In this document: positions 54,001 to 64,000 of the stretch, piece by piece | Position numbering within the stretch: position 1 is the first letter of the stretch | How the letters are laid out: every line of letters starts with the position of its first letter | DNA from: Botryllus schlosseri | Lineage: Eukaryota | Direction: 5' to 3' | NCBI GenBank assembly: GCA_051294905.1 | Contig: CM119384.1 | Span: forward strand, 7,626,001 to 7,690,000 | Length of the DNA stretch: 64,000 bases | Translations under genes and position numbers: made by a program | The notes under the pieces: model-generated | The model's input: only the letters and a program-made list of their open reading frames with translations | Told to the model about the DNA's origin: nothing | Databases searched by the model: none

Positions 54001-57000
54001 TTGTATTCATCCTGCATCCTTATTTTAGAAGGATTCTCTATATACGGGGACATTCATCTTGTAATTCGGACACCGCCCGGGATTGTTTCATCCACCATAT
54101 AGTGTTTCTAGTATTGGCCTAGTGTTGTTATATAACCTTGTGACGTTGAAAAGTTGCGCGTCTCAAGGATTGTATTCATCTTGTAATTTGGACATCGCTC
54201 GGGATCGTTTCATCCACCATATAGTGTTTCTAGTATTCGCCTAGTGTTGTTATATAACCTTGTGACGTTGAAAAGTTGCGCGTCACAAGGATTGTATCCA
54301 TCCTGCATCCCCATTGTATGAGGATTCTCTATATACGGGGACATTCATCTTCTAATTTCAACATCATCCAGGATTGTTTGATCAAATATTAAGTGTTTCT
54401 AGGATTTGTCTAATTGAACGATATAAGCTTATGACGTTAAAAAAAGTGGCACGCTTCAAGGATTGCATCCTGACTGGAAGTTCCCTATATGCGAATCAGG
54501 ATAGCAGTATAGCGGCCACATTTTGCAATTCTGGTTATTGAGTTGGGCCTGTGATGTGGCATACTGCAGGGCGTTATAAATTATTCCGTGTCGAGATCAA
54601 TCAAATAAATATATTTAGCTGATCATAATGATAGTATTTATCGAATATATTTGTGGCTGTAACGTAGCTGCCTTGGCCTTTGTGGTGACTAACCCGTTGG
54701 TAACGTTTGGTAATTTGTAGTCTGAGAATTTGTAGGCCAACTTCTGCTCGGTAACATGACAACACTAAGTCATTTCGTGACCATCTTTTCTTAATTGTAT
54801 CACAGTCTTGTGATGTTAACTGATAAAAATGTAGCTTAATTAGTGAATTTATTCAATCACCATAAATGTATCCTACGGGTAAACATTTGGACACAAGCAT
54901 GAATTTTGTTTGCTAACACATTAATAGATCTGATGGATGATAAATTTGTGAGTCATAAAATGAGATAGCGTACATATTGCATATAAGGATCACCAAAGAC
55001 TCTTATACTATCATCAACTTTCAAAATTCATTGTGAAATCGACATTTCAGATTTCACAATTGGTGTTACAGCACTAATATAGGTCTGACATTCGTCAATT
55101 AGGCCATATTGCTTAACACACTTCATTGAACCATTCAATACATTCAATTGTGATGAATCTTCAATGAATGTAATTGCTCTTAACTATAGCCAGATAATAC
55201 AACTAAATTACAATCCGAGGCAACTTTTGAGATTATAAAGACAAGCAAGGTATGACAAAATCGTTAATGGACATATATCATTCAACACAGATGCGATTAG
55301 CGTCAATTTGCTAATCAATAAATATTTATTCGAAGGTCATAAGAACAACAGGATTTCTGAATGGATTGTTCACTCCTGAGGAAATGGATTCCCGGAATGT
55401 TTCGGTGAGTGATAGTTCAGGCAGATCCCAGTCCCTGTATTATATATATTTTTGGTTGATGGTCATTTACAAATATAATGTAATCTTTGTGTAAGGTTTG
55501 TAGGACGGAGTGACATAATTTACAGTTACTAAAATTTGATAATACTAAATACGAGAATATGAGCTCTGCTATACTGAATGAAGAGTGCCGTATGTGTAGT
55601 GGATAACTCAATTTTTATATAGTTGGTGTTGTATTATCTAGCTAACTACACAGTATTTAATCAAAAAGTGATTTCCTGCCAAAATTAACTCATTATATTA
55701 GTCTGACTGATAAATTTTACGCAAAATCTACTGTGACATGATAACATTCTTGTACTAGGTGAAGGAAGAGAAAATGTTATTTCTGCAAAAGATTATCGAC
55801 GTAGTATCGATTGTTTCTGGCACTCAGTTATCTGTGAAACCGGTGAAAATTGTGGCGGGCCATGAACCGGAAAAAACAAATGAATTATTGCAAGTGATGG
55901 CGAAATGCATCAACAGGAATGTAAGTCGTTTTCACTACTCGCTAGGCCTAATAGCAGATCCTAATTGATCATGTGAATACAGATGTCGTCGGATGAAGCG
56001 GTTCAGCAAGTGTTGAGTGGCAAGAAACCGTCAAAGGTTCAGGAAAAGCCTCCTTCGGGATCATCTAGGAAAAAGGACAAGTAAATATCGCATTTCTATG
56101 TATAGTCGCTATCAAAATGGAGTATCACTACAACGATGGAAGGTATTATGGAGTTTGACCAATATCATAATATTCCAGGATTCTATGACGTTCCAGTGTT
56201 CTTCATATCATTTTAGTACCCGCCAGAGCTTTTATATCGTATATTTATGTTGTGTTTCTTTTGGCCTGCTGAGCATTAATGAGACCAGTTACCGAATTTC
56301 AAGTGCGTAACTGGGAATTTTGGTTCGTCATTGATTTCCAAGATTATCACAAAGACCAATACTTGAACCGCGTACCATTCCTTGCTGTTTTATCTTTCCA
56401 AGTTTCTTTTCGATTCACCTGTTGCGCTATTAATTGACAAATATTGGTATCGTGACAATAATCAACACATTTCCATCAACAGGGATAAGCCAGAGAGGAA
56501 GAACAGAAAAAATGCCGATGAAGACGTGGTATGCAATTTTTTATATTATGTTGCGTGCTTGAAATTTCAATTAGAATTTTTGAGATTCACTTGCCTAATG
56601 GAGAAGGAAAAACTTGCATTTAATTTCAAATTCAACGCATCATAACCACCTGAAGCACCATCTTTTCTCACTGAAACGGTTCTTTTTTACAATATAGTTT
56701 TGACCTGGTTTTATATGAATTTCTACATGTTAGTTGCACAGTACTGTGGCTCTAGGTAAGAAGGGTCTTCTCTTGGGTATATTATTATTTACCTTGTGAT
56801 TTGTGTCTGTGACATAACGTACTTTGTATCATCATCAGCAATAATGCTTGCTGTTAATCTACTCGTTTTCCTATTCTCTGTAATTCAGGAAGTTATTGTT
56901 CGGTATTGATCAAGATATTCAACAAGGATTGCATCCTAGTGTTCGCAAATGATTGGGGTTATCTCTTACACACCACCACAGATATCACTAAGCGTAGACA

Positions 57001-60000
57001 TTTTCAATCAGTTTTTATATTCTCCCCTCCCGTACCATTTTATAGTTATGTTATCTAGCAAAGTGTGTTGTCTGTCATTCGCTGCTTGTATTCGAACACA
57101 GTTTCCGTATCTGGCACAGTTCTCATGCCCTTGATGTCTTCCAGCAATGCTTGGTGGCATCTAATTTTCCGTGCTGGTAAGAAATTGCAATTGAGTGGTC
57201 AAGAAGACTGTATAAAAAATGTTATCAGGTCCGAAATTGCGACTGAAAAAGGGTCATTAAATCTGCACATACTGCTAGAACGTCATTAAAAGGACCATAG
57301 GTGCGAGACAATGCCCATTTCTAGGGCTGAGCACAATGAGTCAAGTACTTGAATCTGAATCAAGTATGTATTCATTATAGTGATTCCAGTCGAGTAATAA
57401 GAGATGATTATTTTGGGTGCTGAAATTGTAAGTTCCTTGCCACTAAGAGATAATTTACAGATGTAAATTATAGTTTTAACAGTATTTGCCACTGTGTGGG
57501 AGCCTAGGAAACTCAATTGCTCATATCGAAGCATATAGCAGGCTACAAAGCTACACACGGTAGTGGAAATGACACATGAAGTCGCAATTAACCCACATCG
57601 TTGTCACAAAGTGCAATGAAATAGCACTGGTCGTAATAATACCAGACCATCCTTATTGTGATGTAAAACCGGCATTATCTTCATGTGGCAGCATAAACGG
57701 TACATATTTCACATCTCTCATACTGTCATGGCGTCATAATCAGTGATACTCAAATACTCTACTTGAAGTCTTATCCACGATTCATAATCAAATCACTCGG
57801 GTACTAAAGTTTGCCCAACCCTAGTAATTTCTTCACACGCCGAAAAGGTCAGGTGGTGCTATTATAATGGCGCTGAGGGCTATATTTAATTGGAGTCACA
57901 TACCGTGGTTCAAAAATCTTTTGTTCTGATCTGTGCGTTTCTTGGTCTGCAATGTCGCGGTGTATTTGAAAGATTATCCAACAATGATTCTTTTTCCAGG
58001 ATAGGGAGAGAAGCAGAGACAGACAACGGAAATCGGGAAGAGAAAAACGAGAGACTAGTCGCGACGATGAAGAAGGTGCGGGTAGGTGTTGTTCTTGTAT
58101 AGGATTATCATCGTACGGAAAATCTTAGCACGTCGATCCTTCCTAACAGTCAATGTCGATTGCTGAAAAATTCGCGAATATGACGTGATCAATTTGGATT
58201 TGAATTTCTCCTGGAATCTACGATTTTTTTAAATTGATTTTCGGGTTCGTATCTCAAATAATGAATGTCAGATATCAGTTGCTTGATATTGGTGATAGAA
58301 GCATAATCCGAGAAGCTCTGGCATATTTATGCGTAGTCTTAGCAATCATGTATTTCATCATTAACTGTAACTGTAACCAGGTAGTGGGCTTGTGATGCTC
58401 AAAAGGAACAACAATTGAACTTCTAAAGAAGGATTTACTGACTCCAATCTCCAACTAGCAAAGCTAAGACTTAACTGTAGGCTCAGTCACATTCTGCAAC
58501 TGATAAAAGTGCTTGTTCGTCAAACAAAACCTTCACAACGATAGATTGATTGATATGCGAAATGGGCGTATGTCCAATTTTTAATCATAAGTATGGTGAT
58601 AGAAAAGACCTACTAAAATCGAAAACTGGAAGGTGCAAAGCAGATATGTGCCAGGGGTGTAGTGGGTTTTGTTTTGATGGGCTGAAGTGTAGCTCATCCA
58701 AATGTATCGACGACCAGTCTGTAGTCTATCAATGTGCTTGCGTCCAATTTTTTCGGGTGTACGCAAAACATTGTGCCGATTTGTGTTAGGAGAAGGCACT
58801 GAAGAGAGAGATGGAGACAGAGGGAGGCGGGGAGAATCGTCGCGCGACAAAACTCGAGACGACCGATCTTCTGACCGCAGAGATGAGAAACGACGAGTGA
58901 GTCTACGGTTTAACTAATTTCGTATCGGAATGCGTGATTTGCCGGCTTGTGTAATTTGATGCAGCATAATTATTGGCATTTACCGGATAATTTAACGTCG
59001 GGTTGAATTACGATGTAATTTTTCCGTAGTGAGCGAATGTACAATGCAATAGACCGGTAGACCGGACAGATGTGAGGACTTGACATATTCGATTTCAGAT
59101 TGCGTACTATCCTTTCGGTAACACACGTAAATTGTGGTATTTGCAGTAAACAACATGCAAAATGATTACATCTGGACCTGATATGCGATTTCAAAGAAAA
59201 TTATGCTGGTTACACAGAAGGATGTAATTATGTCACTCGTTTGTATGCAAGTCATTGTATTACTTTGAAAGTGGAATATGCTTGTCCCCGCAACCTGTAA
59301 AGTAGAATCTTTTGTTTCATAGTGTGGATTATGATATATTTGCCTTGCATTGCCTAATATTTTTATGTCGTCACTTATGCCACGCTGCTATCGACATCTG
59401 TTTTTCATCCACAATTTATATTCCTGGATAGTTATTGACAGAGGTTGTCAGTAAAGACGTACTACCTCTTATGATTTTAGAATATTTCCACTTCTTAACT
59501 CTTTTCGTTTTTCTAAGAAAAACCGGTCTTAGAATACTGTGACCTCTACTGCTTGAGTAAAAATTTGTAACGTTACTATTTCTACTTGATTACCGACGAT
59601 AAGTACTTTTACCATCTCTCGTATCTGATGCTAGGTTTGTAGCGTGACAGAAAAGTGCCTAGAAATAGATCATCATCAATTCAGAACAGCGTAGTACTTG
59701 CGCAGTTGAGACCGTGGTATGGGACTGTAGCGGTATGTCAGGAGGTTTGTCGCGATTTCGTTCTAACGAGGCGATTCTACAGGATTCCAAATCCATGCTG
59801 AAGGATTTTCGGCAGCAGGGTTTGGTAAAAAGCGCCAACCGCGCCGGGTCGGCCAAATCGCGTCAACCGGCGCCGGACAAAAAATCGAAAACGTCTCCGA
59901 AACAGAGGAAGTCGAAAGATAAACTCGGCACGGATGCACAATCCAATGAAAAGCGAAAATCGGTATTGCACCGCATGCGGTCATGCATGACGCTGGCGTT

Positions 60001-63000
60001 GCACCTTGTCGCATCTGCTCGCGTTCATCCGTTTCCTTTGTTGAGTTCTTTTGCATTACGTTACTTTTTCATTAGTCACGACGATCGAGCAGCTATTCCA
60101 TCCGCATTCTACAATCTCACGTTAGCGGTGTTCTAATATTAGTTAGTCCACTCTTAACCACATCTAGCTGTGAGTAACAGTTAATAAGATGTGTCCAAGT
60201 TACTACAGACAGTTTTTTACCAAGCTCCAGATAATGCTGTGGCACTGTGGGGTTTAGGCTTGTACAAGATGAAAGTAGCTCATGATTCGCTATGGTTCGC
60301 ATACCTGGACTCCAAGGGACAATGACTCACCACAAAATGGACTGCGCTATTAAACATGATTACGGAAATGAAATAGACACCTATATGCAATAAGTAACTG
60401 CAACAAGCAATCAGCCTAGTGGCAGTGATTTTTGACACATTCCACACTATGGCATTATTGGTGTTCTAATATTGGCTAGATCGCTCTTAACCACTTCTAA
60501 CTGTGAGTGATTGCTTTGTTCCGCATACCTTGACTCCCAACAAGACTGTGTCACCACAAATTGGACTTTGCTACAAAAGAGCAGTACATAAATGAAATTG
60601 ACCAAGTGTAAAAGGTTTTGGCATTCTATAATAAGTTACTGCGAAAAGCAATAAGGTTAGTTGGACATCAGTGATTTTTGACGATTTTGTGTAATTTTGT
60701 AATGCAACTCGACCATTGGAATAAGGTTAGTTGGACATCAGTGATTTTTGACGATTTTGTGTAATTTTGTAATGCAACTCGACCATTGTCAGGACTAGCA
60801 GCGTCAGCACTATGACCTACATACTTCTGGTAGTGTTTCGAATTTATAGTTGAATAGTTCACGGTGCGCAAGGTATAACTATGGAACCTCAGGCGAACCA
60901 TCACACCATAGACAAAAAGAATTATACTCCAAGCTTTTTGTGCAGCTATGTAACGGTCAAGCATTTGTAGATACTGTCAAGTTGGCTATCCATCCGTTGT
61001 TAGATTACCTGTAGGCTACAGGCTGTAGCGAGCATGTAATCGGAAATGCAATAAATCTTCACGATAACATTGGCAGTTATAACACGACACTATATTTTCA
61101 TTCCTTTCTTTTAATACCCTTATCATAAATAAATTTGTAAAAACATTCAACACTTTCGGATGATCTCTTCGAACGGACGAAAATCTGGCCCAAAATCCAT
61201 TTGTCAGCTATTTATGCTCTCTGCACGATTTAAGTCACATCAGGCATGACAGATTCAGGTTGCCTTGATAGGCCTACAATGTACATTACATAGATATCGG
61301 GGTTTGAGATATCAAGTATTACCGTAGGTAATTTCAGGATGTTTGTAGTCGTCTGTGTCACGGTTATTTTCACATATCTTTCAGCACCGGACAAGTGGAC
61401 AATTGTTTGCTATTGTTTTGAACTTACTTTATGTGCTGAGCTGAGTTTCCCAACGTGGTATTGTAGAACTTGGACATGTAGTTTTCGCACACATATTTCA
61501 GCATTAACTGCATGAAATTTATGCTTTTTCTGTTTTATTGTTCACGATCGCCAAAAGGTGGGGCTCGCATGCTGACTTATGTCACTTCTAACGCCTTGAT
61601 GTCGAATCTCTATACTTTGTATGTATCATGTACCTGCATGTCACTCGCCAGCGATAAAGCAAATCCAAATCCAAATATCAACAACAGATTTGGATTTGTA
61701 AATTTCTGGATTTCTCCTGTCACTAATCCGTTGTGACGATGGGAAAATCTGCATCTTAAGAAAAATTTCGCCAAATCCTAACCACTCGTCCTATTGCTAA
61801 TATTTGTGTATCGGATATTCGTAGAGGAAAAAGAAAGAGGAAGACCACCATGAAAAGCCCGACAGCGCAGACTCCCGAGGAAAGGAGGATGATCAAGAGG
61901 TGAGTGTGAATGCTGCTCTAGATTTTATAGCGTTATCGCGAATCAGACCCCGATAAATCCCGAAAACGCAAACAGGTTTCTGAAACCAAGCGAACCAGCA
62001 CATAGATAGTGTGCTGAGTAGAAACAGCAGCCTAAAGTATTGTCACTTTCCTATAAACCCCAGTTCTTAGTGATTACAACACCGTCATGCTTCAATCTAC
62101 ACCGCCACTGCGGCGCTTTCAATGGCAGGCCTCGTATCATTAGAATTATAAAATCTGAAAAAGAAAAAAACATTACCTGATTTTGAAATGCAGTCATTGA
62201 AAATCGCTCATGTGAAACTCTTTTCCAAACTTCCACAGGGATTTTTATAAAACCGACTCTAATTTGCCTTCATCTCAGGGTCGTAGAAATGCTGATGAGG
62301 AGCCTAGCGAAAGGCCTAGCGGTAGCGGAAGACCGCAGAGGCCGGCTTCCGCCAAAGGCCATCGTCGTAGACCGGCCGATAGGAGCTCTAGTAAGTGCTG
62401 TCGCTCACATTTCCTGCTTCCTAATCTACGTATCGAATGTCTCTGTTTATCATTTAGCAATTTATGTCATTTTGTTCCAACCTCATATAAAGTCAGCAGA
62501 TTCTAATCCGTGATGAAACTGAGAACGATGCTTTAGTCTTAGAAAAAGTCCAGGATTCCTGTGGAACGGATTATTGTGACAGCAAAATTTCGATGACCGA
62601 TTTCATCTTGCCAATGTGGCTTGTGTTTTTATCTCAATTTATAATTTCATTTTGCGGATTCCTAATCGCACTCCATCTGCTGTTGCGCAATACTCTGATT
62701 CGGCCCATTCGTCGACTACTAGTACTTGCCCAGTAGCCTGTATTTTGAAAACATTGTGTAATACCTTTTAATGTTTTTTTTCCTCTTTAGGAGAAGAATC
62801 AGAGGTGCAGCAGCCCAGCAGACGGGAAAAGTGAGCAAATTGCAACCATTTTAGTGCTGCCTATGTATTTTTGGTCTGAGGTCAGAGGTTATTTTATGGG
62901 AAGCCACACTCCTAACCATGGTAACTAGAAATGGTATTGTCATTGGTGTCCATGTAAAAACTGGTAGTATTTTCTATAATGTGCGCAAGCAGATAAAATA

Positions 63001-63381
63001 TATTCGTCTCCGGGTCACCATACAAGATAATGGTGGAAAGACAAGTACCATATCCCATCTCCCATCTTTTAGTTCATCCAGACCTGCCAGACCACCAAGC
63101 GCTCGCCCCGCTGCCCCGAGAGTCCGTCAGCGTCCTGACCCGGCCGAAGAAGAAATAGCCAGGTAAGGATTTTATCGTTTGCCGCTTTTTTCGAAAATTT
63201 CTTTCACTTCGCCCGATATTTCGTCGTCCCGGGCGTCAGAATGGAGAGCGCCGGTCGAAACAGGACCGCCCCTTTGATAGTGGACCGCGGTCGTCAAACG
63301 GGCGAAATGTCATCTAGCGACGAGGATGAACAGTTTTTGGTGCAGGAAGAGAATGACGTGGAGCCGCCCGACTTGGAAAAG
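50893..63381 (+). CDS. TRAF3IP1: TRAF3-interacting protein 1 / IFT54 (MIP-T3), multi-exon, continues beyond the window
   Basis: N-terminal CH-domain signature [58 protein letters not shown], followed by a charged linker, [19 protein letters not shown] and SDEDEQFLV. Confidence 0.96.
51218..54752. mobile_element. Foldback-type non-autonomous DNA transposon (MULE/FB-like), near-perfect 3.5-kb palindrome with internal 169-bp tandem arrays
   Basis: Termini ACCGAGCAGAAG...CTTCTGCTCGGT; perfect 9-bp TSD AACATGACA (51209-51217, 54753-54761); arms meet at about 53081 with no spacer. Confidence 0.93.
51590..54380. repeat. 169-bp tandem arrays in the two foldback arms (about 8.8 units forward, about 8 reverse)
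   Basis: GGTGGATGAAACGATCC recurs at 51755, 51924, 52093, 52262, 52431, 52600, 52769, 52938. Confidence 0.95.
55336..55404 (+). CDS. TRAF3IP1: TRAF3IP1 exon 2
   Basis: [23 protein letters not shown]; 69 nt; donor gtgagt. Confidence 0.95.
55759..55920 (+). CDS. TRAF3IP1: TRAF3IP1 exon 3
   Basis: [16 protein letters not shown]...[22 protein letters not shown]; 162 nt; donor gtaagt. Confidence 0.96.
55983..56080 (+). CDS. TRAF3IP1: TRAF3IP1 exon 4
   Basis: [17 protein letters not shown]...; phase 0-2. Confidence 0.9.
56483..56528 (+). CDS. TRAF3IP1: TRAF3IP1 exon 5
   Basis: [15 protein letters not shown]; phase 2-0. Confidence 0.75.
57322..57823 (+). mobile_element. CpG-decayed copy of the 46602 MITE
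   Basis: Colinear with 46602-47116; degenerate TSD. Confidence 0.85.
58000..58075 (+). CDS. TRAF3IP1: TRAF3IP1 exon 6
   Basis: [25 protein letters not shown]; tttttccag|; phase 0-1. Confidence 0.85.
58790..58896 (+). CDS. TRAF3IP1: TRAF3IP1 exon 7
   Basis: [35 protein letters not shown]; donor gtgagt; phase 1-0. Confidence 0.85.
59783..59962 (+). CDS. TRAF3IP1: TRAF3IP1 exon 8 (possible cassette exon)
   Basis: [28 protein letters not shown]...EKRKS; 180 nt; phase 0-0; donor gtattg. Confidence 0.65.
60128..60788. repeat. Degenerate tandem repeat of about 330 bp ending in an exact 70-bp duplication (60650-60788)
   Basis: ggtgttctaatatt at 60128 and 60460; ataaggttagttggacatcag...gaccattg twice. 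Confidence 0.8.
61825..61899 (+). CDS. TRAF3IP1: TRAF3IP1 exon 9
   Basis: [25 protein letters not shown]; donor gtgagt; phase 0-0. Confidence 0.85.
62279..62390 (+). CDS. TRAF3IP1: TRAF3IP1 exon 10
   Basis: [32 protein letters not shown]; donor gtaagt; phase 0-1. Confidence 0.9.
62791..62830 (+). CDS. TRAF3IP1: TRAF3IP1 exon 11
   Basis: [12 protein letters not shown]; strong polypyrimidine acceptor; donor gtgagc; phase 1-2. Confidence 0.8.
63073..63162 (+). CDS. TRAF3IP1: TRAF3IP1 exon 12
   Basis: [29 protein letters not shown]; donor gtaagg; phase 2-2. Confidence 0.92.
63240..63381 (+). CDS. TRAF3IP1: TRAF3IP1 exon 13
   Basis: [15 protein letters not shown]...[24 protein letters not shown]; phase 2-0. 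Confidence 0.88.
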
Positions 63382-64000
63382 GTGTGTTTCCTCGCAGTGT
63401 GTCATTAGAAAAATTATAATTGCGTTGCTTAAAGATCAAGAAGGCACTTACATGTATGTCACTCACTCTAAAAATCACAACTCTGTCACTATAATGATGT
63501 GTCACTGAATGGTTGAAACAGCACTCTCAAATGTGACACTCGAAAAATCACAATTCTGATACTCAAATGATTTGTCACTCAATGATTAAAACGGCACTTT
63601 TAAACGTGTCACCAGAAGGATTTGTCAGTCGAATGATGAAACCGGCGCAGTTAAATATGTCACTCAAAAAAAACACACGTGATTTTGTCATTTGAACGAG
63701 CGATCTGATTTGATATTTCGGAAGACCGTTAAGTAAACAGTTTTGCAATGTTGGAATTTATTTCAGTTTCAAAATATTATTTTTTTTTTTTAAATATGCT
63801 ATTCTCCTGTGTCCAATATCACTATTCCTCACCAGCTGTGATGGCAATGGCATTGCATCTAGGGATAATCAGCTGATATGAATGGGCATATTTCCTGGAC
63901 GTGCAATGGCCCAGACACTGCCAGGACCGAGACGCTTAGAAGACGGCTTAGGTCTTCCACACAGGATCAATCTTTACGAGGAGATATTCTTTCAGATAGT

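Noticed and set aside
51590-54380. CRISPR-like array
   Set aside because: No unique spacers; whole 169-bp units repeat; eukaryotic context

Overview
Animal genomic DNA from a repeat-rich invertebrate; a tunicate or other deuterostome is my guess and is not proven. Two intron-rich genes lie head-to-head. Minus strand: an insulin/IGF receptor gene. I reconstructed 18 coding exons by hand from ATG 47680 down to 1095, all GT-AG and phase-consistent. They encode signal peptide, a long acidic N-terminal extension, L1, CR, L2, FnIII-1, FnIII-2, insert domain with alphaCT and an RKRR furin site; the rest lies left of the window. Plus strand: TRAF3IP1/IFT54, with 13 coding exons from ATG 50893 to 63381, continuing right. 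The introns hold hAT-type MITEs (8-bp TSDs, several nested), a piggyBac-type MITE, a tRNA-derived SINE family, and a young 3.5-kb foldback palindrome built from 169-bp tandem units with a 9-bp TSD. Main points of interest: the foldback element, a sharp CpG-depletion contrast between the two genes, in-frame skippable receptor exons carrying the furin site and the dimer cysteine, and the receptor's N-terminal extension. Most ORFs in the supplied track are spurious or exon fragments.
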